Positions 1 to 8,894 of a stretch of 64,000 nucleotides of DNA are shown here, in pieces. The DNA comes from an uncultured delta proteobacterium (lineage in GTDB: Bacteria > Myxococcota_A > UBA9160 > SZUA-336). The position numbers and the translations under genes were made by a program. Where the stretch lies: NCBI GenBank assembly GCA_963704165.1, contig CAVPHD010000003.1, positions 1 through 64,000 of the forward strand. The letters run 5' to 3'. How positions within the stretch are numbered: position 1 is the first letter of the stretch; every line of letters starts with the position of its first letter. The notes under the pieces were generated by a model. The model saw only the letters and a list, made by a program, of their open reading frames with translations. It made no database searches and was not told the DNA's origin.

Positions 1-780
1 GTTCGTCGGTGGGCTGAGCCTGTTCGCGCTGGTGGCCGGCGCGCCCGGGTCCGCCGAACTGTACAAGTATCAGGATGAATACGGTCACTGGCACTATACC
101 GACCGGCCGCGCTCCGACCCACGACAACCGGTGGAGGTCCTGCCCGGCCTCGCCGCCCGGAACCGCTCATGGGGGACCTGAACGCGCGGCTGCGGGCCAA
201 GTTTCCCCCGCAAACCCCGCTCCAGGCAGCGACCCTGGCAACCGTCACGGTCAAAACCCCGATCGCGACCGGCTCCGGGTTTTTCATTTCCAGCGCCGGC
301 CATATCCTCACCAACAAGCATGTGATCCATCTTCCCGAATCAAAGCGCGAAGACCTCCGACAAACCTTCGGCGATGCCGAACACGAACTCGAACGCCACC
401 GCGAGCGGCTGACCTGGCGCGAGCGGGCGCTGGATCGCTATCGAAAAGACCTGGAGCGGTTCGAGGCGCGCCTGCGTACCGTGTCGGAGGGCGCGGTGAA
501 AGCCGACCAACAGGCCTACTACCGATCCAAGCAGGATCAATACCAGACCTTGCAACGGGAACTGGCCGAAGACCGCCGCAAGTTCCAAGAGGTGGAGCGC
601 CAGGTGAGCGCGAAGCGGCGCGACATCGATTGGAAGCTGGCCGTGTCCGGCGCCGCCAGCACCTTCACCATCGTGCTCAAGGACGGCGGCGAATTCACCG
701 CGTCCCTGCTGGCGGTCAGCCCGGATCAGGACCTGGCGCTGCTCAAGCTCGACGCCGGGCCAACGCCGGCCTTGCGCCCG
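1..780 (+). pseudogene. DUF4124-like N-terminus plus trypsin-like (S1) serine peptidase with coiled-coil insertion; 5'-partial, frameshifted near 165 and truncated near 780
   Basis: Frame 2 reads signal-like FVGGLSLFALVAGAPGSA then ELYKYQDEYGHWHYTDRP (DUF4124-like). Frame 1 has GSGFFIS..HILTNKHV (catalytic His), a long charged helical insert and DLALLKLD (catalytic Asp). The GxSGG Ser motif is missing because the sequence switches to another gene. Confidence 0.75.
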
Positions 781-1286
781 CAGAACCAAGACGCCGGGCT
801 CGGGTACCGTGAGCGAGTAGTGGCCGATCGCCACCAGGTTGTTGTCGAACACGGTGTCCGATCCATACGAACGTGCTGTCCTGAAACACGACCGACCCGC
901 CGGTGCCCGAGAACGTCGCCAAGAGGACGTTCTGCGCACCCGCGGCGGCGATCGTTCCCGCCGCGCTCGCGTTGCTGATGATCACGAAGCTGTCCGGCGG
1001 AAACGCGTCGTAGTTGAACGAGCTGTCGCCGATGCTGATCCCCGCGTTCAGCGGATTCAGCGTCATGCTCGTGAGGTTGTTCGAGACCCAGACGTTGACG
1101 GCGCCGAGGTTCGATGCGCCGTTGTTGTTGACCGTCAGCGCCCAATCGGTCGGCGCCAGCTTGTCAGAGACAGAGCTGGATCTGGGCGTCCGGCATCGGC
1201 GTGGAGAGCCCGCAAGTCGCGGCCTCGGCGAGACCGGAGAACACCAAGCCAAGAGAGAGAACCACAGACACGATGCATCGTTTCAA
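743..1286 (-). CDS. PEP-CTERM sorting-signal secreted protein (frameshifted in this assembly)
   Basis: TTG start gives signal peptide MKRCIVSVVLSLGLVFSGLAEAA. The body is Asn/Ser/Thr-rich (ORF 743..1252). The C-terminus reads YSLTVPEPGVLVL (in ORF 340..939) then ...ALARRRA* in the neighbouring frame. Confidence 0.75.
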
Positions 1287-1432
1287 TCCTGACCCCCCAC
1301 TGTTTGGATCAGAGTTAGACGGACCCTACGTACCCCCGGCGACTCCAGTCATGTGTCTCCAACTCGAGACACACCCGTGACACCGCGAGCACTGACACAG
1401 GCTGAACCTCCACAGATCTGTGTCAGCAGAGG

Positions 1433-1461
1433 TGTCTAGAACGCGCGAAACGCGTTGTCAA
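1433..1461 (-). promoter_or_regulatory. sigma70-type promoter for the PEP-CTERM gene
   Basis: Minus strand TTGACA (1461-1456), 17-nt spacer, TAGACA (1438-1433). Confidence 0.55.
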
Positions 1462-1511
1462 CGAAAATCTCACCTATGCGGGTCAGATTTCCGCGGGGCA
1501 GTGGGGGAACT

Positions 1512-1583
1512 CTAGAACGAGAGGACGGTGGTCAGCAGTCCGAAGACGATTGCGACTGCGAGAAGAATCTTCTCTGGACCCAA
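1512..1583 (-). CDS. putative 23-aa hydrophobic small protein MGPEKILLAVAIVFGLLTTVLSF
   Basis: GGAGGGG Shine-Dalgarno 7 nt before TTG; one hydrophobic stretch; fills the gap between annotated genes. Confidence 0.5.
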   Translation of the reverse strand: MGPEKILLAVAIVFGLLTTVLSF

Positions 1584-1623
1584 GCGACTACCCCTCCCGA
1601 GGTCGGTCGAAGCCACGGCTCGT

Positions 1624-2673
1624 TTATCGCGCGGGCCCCCGGTCCCGGCTGTGACCTCGATCACCAAACGGCAGCAGCTCCGGGTACGCGAACAAGCCCG
1701 GGGCGCCGCCGGTGTGCCAGAAGAGAACGCTGGAGCCCGGCGAGTTCCCCTCTCGCCGCAGGGAGATGAGCCCGGCCATCGCCTTTCCCGTGTAGACCGG
1801 GTCGAGCAGGAGCCCTTCCCTCCCGGCGGTCACGGCGAGGGCCTCACGGAGTTCGTCGGTCGGCAGCCCGTAGCCGGGTCCGAGCCAGTCGTCGCGAAGA
1901 TCGATCCTCGAGTCGGAAACCGCGCGGGTGCCCAGGAGGGAGCTCGTCTTCGCGGCCAGGTCGCGGACGCCGAGGCCGACCTGAGCCGCCGGAGCGTAGA
2001 CGCAGATCCCGATCACGGGGATCGCGAGGCCGAGCGCCTCGAGCCCGACCAGGAGCCCCGCCAGGGTTCCGCCGGTCGAGACGGCGAGGACGATCGCGTC
2101 GATCCGAAGCCGCTCACGCTCGAGCTGAGCTGCGAGCTCGAGCGCGGCGGCCGCGTAGCCGAGACAGCCCGTCGGATTCGAGCCACCGGCCGGGATGAAG
2201 ACGGCCTTGCCCCCGCGCGAAGCCGCAGCGGCCTGGATCTCCTGAACCGCTCGAATCACGTCGGCGGGCGCGTCGACGACCTGCACGCGCGCACCGAGCC
2301 AGTCATCGAGGAGGCGATTCCCGCTCACCTCGTACGCGGGATCGCGACCCGCGACGATCCGCGGCAGCACGAGCTCGCAGCGCAGACCGAGCTTCGCCGC
2401 GGCGGCGGCCGTCTGACGCGCGTGATTGGACTGCACGCCACCGGTCGTGATCAGCGTGTCGGCACCCGAAGCGAGCGCCTCGCCGACCAGGAACTCGAGC
2501 TTGCGCACCTTGTTCCCGCCGAGCGCGAGCCCGGTGCAGTCGTCTCGTTTGGCGAAGATGCGCGGACCGTCGCCGAGCGCGCGCGCGAGCCCGTCGAGCG
2601 GCTCGAGCGGCGTCGGCAGATGGCCGAGCGCGACGCGCGGCTCGCGCGCGAGCGCGGCCTCGAGCGAGCTCAC
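1624..2673 (-). CDS. dcyD: D-cysteine desulfhydrase / ACC deaminase family PLP enzyme
   Basis: KRDDCTGLALGGNKVRKLEF, GGVQSNHAR, LLDPVYTGKA, HTGG motifs. Confidence 0.9.
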   Translation of the reverse strand: MSSLEAALAREPRVALGHLPTPLEPLDGLARALGDGPRIFAKRDDCTGLALGGNKVRKLEFLVGEALASGADTLITTGGVQSNHARQTAAAAAKLGLRCELVLPRIVAGRDPAYEVSGNRLLDDWLGARVQVVDAPADVIRAVQEIQAAAASRGGKAVFIPAGGSNPTGCLGYAAAALELAAQLERERLRIDAIVLAVSTGGTLAGLLVGLEALGLAIPVIGICVYAPAAQVGLGVRDLAAKTSSLLGTRAVSDSRIDLRDDWLGPGYGLPTDELREALAVTAGREGLLLDPVYTGKAMAGLISLRREGNSPGSSVLFWHTGGAPGLFAYPELLPFGDRGHSRDRGPAR

Positions 2674-2679
2674 GAGTCG

Positions 2680-3435
2680 CTATCGCTCCGCGACCAGCCG
2701 GATCCGCGTGCCGCAGATCTCGACCGTGTCGCCACCCGCGCGAAGCCCACGTGCCTTCGCGCGAGCGAGCGCCGCCGCCGGATCGGGAACGGCGACGTCG
2801 ATCCCACCGACGCCCTCGTCGCGGCCGTCGCGCGCCGACACGAAGCGCAGTCGGCCGGCGTCGAGCGCGATCTCGAAGCTCCCATCGCCCTTCGCCGTCG
2901 GCTTTCTCGCGAAGACCTGCCCCCAGCGCGAAGCCAGCGCTTCGGGATCCGGGCTCTGAAGCTCGGCGCCGACGATCGCGCGCGCGCCGTCGGGACGGAC
3001 GTGGCGCTTCCAGTCCGGACCCGCCCAGCGCCACGACTCCGGTGGCGTCATCTCGTCGAAAGAGACGATCGCCGCGCCGACATCGCGCGGGTGCAGGTGG
3101 ATCGTCGCAGCGTCGGAGAGCTTCACCTTCCAGACCACCCGGATGCCGAGCTCTTCGATCCGCTCCATGTCTGCGGCCAGGTCGTCCGTCTGCACGATCA
3201 CCATGTAGCCGCCGTCGCCGTTTCGGCGCTCGAGCAGGCGGCCCGCCGTGGTGCCCTCGCGAACGGGCGAGACGACCTCGAGAAACGTCGTGCCGATCGC
3301 CATCAGCGCGTTGTGCAGGCCGAACTCGGCGACACCGGGATCGCGGAAGCACTCCTCGACGCCGAGCACCTCGCAGAGATCCGCCACCACCGGTTCGAGG
3401 TCACGTGCGACGAGCGCAATCTGTCGTAGACGCAT
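2680..3435 (-). CDS. VOC/glyoxalase-like family protein
   Basis: C-terminal part of ORF 2680..4494 starting MRLRQIALVARDL; FLEVVSP, GDGGYMVIVQ, HLHPRDVG. Confidence 0.8.
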   Translation of the reverse strand: MRLRQIALVARDLEPVVADLCEVLGVEECFRDPGVAEFGLHNALMAIGTTFLEVVSPVREGTTAGRLLERRNGDGGYMVIVQTDDLAADMERIEELGIRVVWKVKLSDAATIHLHPRDVGAAIVSFDEMTPPESWRWAGPDWKRHVRPDGARAIVGAELQSPDPEALASRWGQVFARKPTAKGDGSFEIALDAGRLRFVSARDGRDEGVGGIDVAVPDPAAALARAKARGLRAGGDTVEICGTRIRLVAER

Positions 3436-3441
3436 GGCACA

Positions 3442-4638
3442 GTGTGGACCGTGAGTACCGCTGCCGGCAACTCGCGCGCCCGAATTCCCGGGACCATCTG
3501 GGCGCTCGGGTTCGTCAGTCTGTTCATGGACGTCTCGTCCGAGATGATCCACGGGCTGCTGCCGCTCTACTTGGTGGGAACGTTGGGCGCGAGCGCGCTC
3601 GCGGTCGGCTGGATCGAGGGCATCGCGGAGGCGACCGCCTCGACCACGAAGCTCTTCTCGGGCGCGTTCTCGGACTGGATCGGCCGCCGCAAGCCGCTCG
3701 CGCTCGCGGGGTACGGATTGGCCGCGCTGACGAAGCCGATCTTTCCACTCGCGCCGACGCTGGGATGGATCGTCGCCGCGCGCTTCATCGACCGCGTCGG
3801 AAAGGGAATCCGCGGAGCGCCTCGCGATGCGCTGATCGCGGAGGTCGCCCCTCCCGAGCTGCGCGGCGCGAGCTTCGGGCTGCGCCAGGCGCTCGACACC
3901 GTCGGCGCCTTCGTCGGTCCTCTGCTCGCGGTGCTGTGCATGGCGCTCCTTCACGACGATTTCCGTCTGGTGTTCTGGATCGCGGTCGTGCCGGCATTTC
4001 TCGCCGTGGCTCTGCTGGCGTTCGGCGTCTCCGAGCCCGAGTCGTCGCGCGTCGACGGCGCACGGCGCTCGCCCCTCGTTCTCGCCGAGCTGCGCCGACT
4101 CGGCCGGCCGTACCTGGGCGTGCTCGCGATCACCGCGCTGCTCGCCCTCGCGCGTTTCGGTGAGGCGTTCCTGATCCTGCGCGCCGGATCGGTCGGCCTG
4201 CGCTCGACGCTCGCGCCGCTCGTGCTGGTCGTCATGAATCTCGCGTATGCGCTCTCGGCCTATCCCGCAGGTGCACTCTCGGATCGCGTCGATCGATACC
4301 AGCTGCTGGCGCTCGCCTGCACGGTGCTGGTCGCGAGCGAGCTCGTGCTCGCGTTCTCGTCCGACCTGACCGGAGCTGCGCTGGGGATCGGTCTCTTCGG
4401 TCTGCACCTCGGTCTCTCCCAGGGACTTCTCGCGGCGCTCGTCGCCGACACCACGCCGCCCGAACTTCACGGCACCGCGTTCGGCGTCTTTCATCTCGTG
4501 ACGGGCGTGACGCTGCTCGCCGCCAGCCCGTTCGCCGGTTGGCTCTGGGACACGCGCGGACCGGGCGCACCGTTCGTCGCCGGCGCGGCCTTCGCCGCGC
4601 TCGCGCTTCTCGCACTCGTTCGCAAGAGGAGGAGCTGA
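3442..4638 (+). CDS. MFS transporter
   Basis: About 12 hydrophobic segments; GAFSDWIGRRK motif A; DRVGKGIRGAPRDALI. Confidence 0.92.
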   Translation: MWTVSTAAGNSRARIPGTIWALGFVSLFMDVSSEMIHGLLPLYLVGTLGASALAVGWIEGIAEATASTTKLFSGAFSDWIGRRKPLALAGYGLAALTKPIFPLAPTLGWIVAARFIDRVGKGIRGAPRDALIAEVAPPELRGASFGLRQALDTVGAFVGPLLAVLCMALLHDDFRLVFWIAVVPAFLAVALLAFGVSEPESSRVDGARRSPLVLAELRRLGRPYLGVLAITALLALARFGEAFLILRAGSVGLRSTLAPLVLVVMNLAYALSAYPAGALSDRVDRYQLLALACTVLVASELVLAFSSDLTGAALGIGLFGLHLGLSQGLLAALVADTTPPELHGTAFGVFHLVTGVTLLAASPFAGWLWDTRGPGAPFVAGAAFAALALLALVRKRRS

Positions 4639-5387
4639 TGGATCTCGATCTCACGGGGCGGGTCGCGTTCATCTCGGGCAGCTACCGCGGCACCGGCGAG
4701 GGGATCGCGAAGGTGCTCGCGCGCGAGGGCGCGCACGTTCTCGTCCACGGCTTCCAACCCGACGAGCCGCAGCGTGTGGTCGAGGAGATTCGCGCGGCGG
4801 GCGGGCGCGCCGACGGCGTTTCGGGCGACATCACGAACGACGAGGGCGCTGCGCGCGCGGTGACGGAGGCGCTCGGCGCGGCCGCGCAGGTGGACGTGCT
4901 CGTCAACAACTACGGCGTCGCGGAAGGGCCCGGGTTGGCTCGACGGTTCGACTCGCGACTGGCTCGCGATCTACGAGAAGAACGTGCTCTCCGCGGTGCG
5001 ACTGACGCAGGCGTTCGTCCCGGGCATGCGCGCGCGCGGCTTCGGCCGGGTCGATCTTCGTCGGCACGATCGGCTCGGCGCGACCGGCCGCGCGCATGCC
5101 CCACTACTACGCGTCGAAGGCCGCGCTTCCGAACATGACGGTGAGCCTGGCCAAGGAGCTCGCGCGGAGCGGCGTGACCGTGAACCTGGTGAGCCCCGGG
5201 TCTGATCGCGACCCGCGAGGTGCGCGCGCGCCTCTCGGACGAACGCCTGCGCGAGAATCCCGCGGGGGCGATCTGCACGCCCGAGGATGTCGGGCACCTC
5301 GTCGCCTACCTCGCGAGCCCCCTCTCCTCGTCCGTGAACGGCGCGAATCTGCGCATCGACGGCGGCAGCGCCGACTGCGTGAACTGA
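4638..5387 (+). CDS. SDR family oxidoreductase (3 frameshifts)
   Basis: SGSYRGTG, VLVNNYG, YYASKAAL (YxxxK), VNLVSPG, GANLRIDGG spread over successive frames. Confidence 0.85.
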
Positions 5388-5440
5388 TCCGCGTCGACGT
5401 GTAAGATGGCGGCCGACCCCATCCCCGAGGAGGAGCCGAG

Positions 5441-6828
5441 TTGGCCGGGATCACGCGCTACGGGAGCTACCTGCCGTACAACCGCTTGCAGCGCGCGGCG
5501 ATCGGCGCCGGAAAGGGCGAGCGAACGGTCGCGAGCTACGACGAGGACTCCGTCTCGATGGGCGTCGAGGCCGCGCGCGATGCGGTGCGACGGCGCGAGC
5601 GGAATCGACACGCTGATCTTCGCGACCACGAGCCCGCCCTACGCCGAGAAGCTGAACGCGGCGACGCTCGCGGCCGCGCTCGATCTCTCGCGGAACGTGC
5701 GCTCGCTCGAGCTCGGCGCATCTACGCGAATGGGAGTCGGCGCTCTGCTCGCGGGCGCGGACGCCGCCTCGGCGGGCGGCCGCGCACTCGTCGTCGCGTC
5801 GGACGTCGTGGTCGGTGCGCCCGGCGGCGGGCGCGAGAGCGGCAGCGGCGACGGCGCGGTCGCGTTCGTGACCGGACCCGACTCCGAGGCGATCGCGCGA
5901 ATCGTCGGCCGCGCCTCCGCGACGGCCGAGATCCTCGACGTCTGGCGCTTGCCGACGGATCCCTTCGCGAAGCAGTGGGAGGAGCGCTTCGGCGCCGAGA
6001 CGCTCGGCCCGATCGTGCTCGACACGGCGACGCGCGCGCTCAAGAGCGCGGGCATCGGTCCGGCCGATCTGAAGACGGTGATCCTCGACGGCACGAACGC
6101 GCGCGCGATGGCGATCCTCCCCGAGGCGCTGCGCCTGAAGCCCGAACAGCTCGCCGATCCGCTGCTCGGTGCAGTCGGCCGCACGGGAGCCGCGCACGCG
6201 GGCCTCCTGCTCGCGCGCACGCTCGATCGCGCGAGCGCAGGCGATCGGATTCTCGTCGTCGTCGGCGGGGACGGCTGCGACGCGGTCGTGCTCGAGGTGA
6301 CCGACGAGGATCGGATCCGCGCGGCCGCTGCACTCCGTCGATCGCTGGCTCGGCAGCAAGCGCAACGACCTGCCGTACAACACCTACCTGAAGTGGCGCG
6401 GCATCCTGCCGTTCGAGCCGCCGCGAAGGCCCGAGCCCGATCGCCCGGCGGCGCCGCCGATGCAGCGCGCCGGACACTGGAAGCACGCGTTCTTCGGCTC
6501 GCGCTGCGAGGCCTGCGGCACCGGGCACCTGCCGCCGCAGCGCGTCTGCGTGAAGTGCGCCGCGGTCGACCAGATGCGCGAGGAGCGCTTCGCCGACAGC
6601 TCGTGCAAGGTCGCGACCTACACGCTCGACCACCTCGCGTACACGCTGCAGCCGCCGGTCGTCGCGGCGATCGTCGACTACGACGGGGGCGGTCGGCTCT
6701 CGTGCGAGCTCACCGACGTGGATCCGAAATCGGTCGCGATCGGAAACGAGCTCGAGATGACGTTCCGCAGGCTCTATACCGGTCAGGGCGTTCACAACTA
6801 CTTCTGGAAGGCGCGCCCGAAGCGCTAA
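5441..6828 (+). CDS. HMG-CoA-synthase/KASIII-like domain fused to DUF35 (Zn-ribbon + OB-fold); 2 frameshifts
   Basis: AGITRYGSYLPYNRL, DEDSVSMGVEAA, GDGAVAF, VGRTGAAH; C-terminal CEAC...CVKC ribbon, TYTLDHL, EMTFRRL, YFWKARP. Confidence 0.85.
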
Positions 6829-6862
6829 CATCCGGGCAACCGGGAAGACGGAGAATCACGAC

Positions 6863-8047
6863 ATGGCGAGCAACGGAATCAAGGACCGCGTCGCGATCGT
6901 CGGCATGGGCTGCACGCCGTTCGGCGAGCACTGGGACAAGGGCGCCGACGACCTGCTCGTCGATGCCGCGACCGACGCCTACAAGTCGGCCGGCGTCGGC
7001 CCCGACGACGTCGACGCCTACTGGCTCGGCACGATGGGGAGCGGCGTCTCCGGCCTGATGCTCTCCGAGGCGCTGAAGCTCGCGTACAAGCCGGTCACTC
7101 GACTCGAGAACATGTGCGCGACGGGCTCCGAGGCGATGCGCAACGCCGCCTATGCCGTCGCAAGCGGCGCCTACGATCTCGTGATGGCGATCGGCGTCGA
7201 GAAGCTGAAGGACTCCGGCTTCTCCGGGCTCACCGGCAGTCGGCCCCCGTCCGACGGCACCGACTCGTCGATGACCGCGCCCGCGACGTTCTCGCTGCTC
7301 GCGCCCGCCTACGCCAAGAAGTACGGCGTCGACGAGGCGACGCTGAAGCAGGTGCTCGCGCGCATCGCCTGGAAGAACCACAAGAACGGCGCGAAGAACC
7401 CGAAGGCCCAGTTCCGCAAGGAAGTGGCGATGGAGAAGATCTGCGCCTCGCCCTCGGTCGCGGGCATGCTCGGCATCTTCGACTGCTCGGGCGTCTCGGA
7501 CGGCTCCGCCGCCGCAATTCTGTGTCGGGCCGAGGACGCGCACAAGTACACCCAGCATCCGATCTATCTGAAGGCGCTCTCGTTCGCCGCCGGCCCCGCC
7601 GAGGGCTACTTCAGCCAGGACTACGACTTCACGAGCTTCCCCGAGGTGGTGGCGAGCTCGAAGGACGCGTACAAGCAGGCGGGTGTCAGCAACCCGCGCG
7701 AGCAGATCAGCATGGCGGAGGTGCACGACTGCTTCACGCCGACCGAGCTGGTGCTGATGGAAGACATGGGCTTCTCGCCGCGCGGACAGGCCTGGAAGGA
7801 CGAGCAGGAGGGCCGCTTCGACCTCGAGGGCGCGCAGCCCGTGAACCCCGACGGCGGGCTCAAGAGCTTCGGTCACCCGATCGGCGCGTCCGGTCTGCGA
7901 ATGATGTACGAGATGTGGCTGCAGCTCCGCGGCGAGGCAGGGCCGCGCCAGATCAAATCACCCAAGCTCGGACTGACCCACAACCTCGGCGGCGCGCCGG
8001 GCCGATGCGTCAGCTTCGTGTCGATCGTGGGGAACGAGCTCGGCTGA
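6863..8047 (+). CDS. thiolase (SCP2-type/PhlC-like acetyl-CoA acetyltransferase)
   Basis: ENMCATGS (catalytic Cys), EVHDCFT, VNPDGGLKSFGHPIGASG. Confidence 0.92.
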   Translation: MASNGIKDRVAIVGMGCTPFGEHWDKGADDLLVDAATDAYKSAGVGPDDVDAYWLGTMGSGVSGLMLSEALKLAYKPVTRLENMCATGSEAMRNAAYAVASGAYDLVMAIGVEKLKDSGFSGLTGSRPPSDGTDSSMTAPATFSLLAPAYAKKYGVDEATLKQVLARIAWKNHKNGAKNPKAQFRKEVAMEKICASPSVAGMLGIFDCSGVSDGSAAAILCRAEDAHKYTQHPIYLKALSFAAGPAEGYFSQDYDFTSFPEVVASSKDAYKQAGVSNPREQISMAEVHDCFTPTELVLMEDMGFSPRGQAWKDEQEGRFDLEGAQPVNPDGGLKSFGHPIGASGLRMMYEMWLQLRGEAGPRQIKSPKLGLTHNLGGAPGRCVSFVSIVGNELG

Positions 8048-8053
8048 CAGGCG

Positions 8054-8848
8054 ATGATCCGCCTGACGTTCCCGCTGCATCGCCATTCGACGCTCACGCG
8101 TTCCGAATTTCAGCACTACTGGCGTGAGACGCACGGGCCACTCGTCGCGGGTGTCGCGCGCGCGCTGCGCGTTCGCCGCTATCTCCAATCGCACACCGTC
8201 GAAGACACGCTCTACGACGGATTGCGGACCGCTCGCGCGGGGATGCACGCGCCCTTCGACGGAATTGCGTGCCTGTGGTGGGACTCGCGCGACGAGATGG
8301 TGGCCGCGATCTCGAGCGATGCGGGTCGCGAAGCCGGAGCACTCCTGCTCGAGGACGAGAAGCGCTTCATCGACCTCGCGCGGTCACCGATCTTCGTCGG
8401 GCAGGAGATCGCACAGATCAACCCGATGCCCGAGAACTCGATCGTCGCGTGGCCGCGGAGCTCGTGGATCAAGCTCTGCTACCTGCTCCAAGCCAAGCCC
8501 GGGATGAGCGAAGCGGACTGCCAGAAGACCTGGAACATGGACCACGGCTATCTGATCCGAAGGCACGGCTCTGCGACGCGATTCGCACGCTACATCCAGA
8601 CCCACACGCTCGACGATCCGCTGAACGCGGCGCTGCGCGCCTCGCGCGGCGGAACGGCCCCGTACACGGGGCTCACCGAGGCGTGGTTCGACCGCTATGA
8701 CCTGGTGAAGATCCTCGGCGATCCGGGCAGCGAGGGCGCGTTCGGCTTCGGCCTGTTCCTCGAGGACGAGAAGCGCTTCATCGACTTCGGGCGCTCGACC
8801 CTGTTCGCGACCAAGGAGATCGTCTTCGTCGACGAGGGCGCGAGCTGA
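8054..8848 (+). CDS. tandem EthD-domain protein
   Basis: EFQHYWRETHGPLV; two halves each ending LEDEKRFID. Confidence 0.8.
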   Translation: MIRLTFPLHRHSTLTRSEFQHYWRETHGPLVAGVARALRVRRYLQSHTVEDTLYDGLRTARAGMHAPFDGIACLWWDSRDEMVAAISSDAGREAGALLLEDEKRFIDLARSPIFVGQEIAQINPMPENSIVAWPRSSWIKLCYLLQAKPGMSEADCQKTWNMDHGYLIRRHGSATRFARYIQTHTLDDPLNAALRASRGGTAPYTGLTEAWFDRYDLVKILGDPGSEGAFGFGLFLEDEKRFIDFGRSTLFATKEIVFVDEGAS

Positions 8849-8894
8849 GCCGGCCGGAGCGCGCGCGCCGCGGCGGTCTTGCTATATACGCGGC

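Noticed and set aside
800..812. GGTACC near the junction as vector polylinker
   Set aside because: The flanks do not continue as a polylinker; the bases encode TVPEP on the minus strand.
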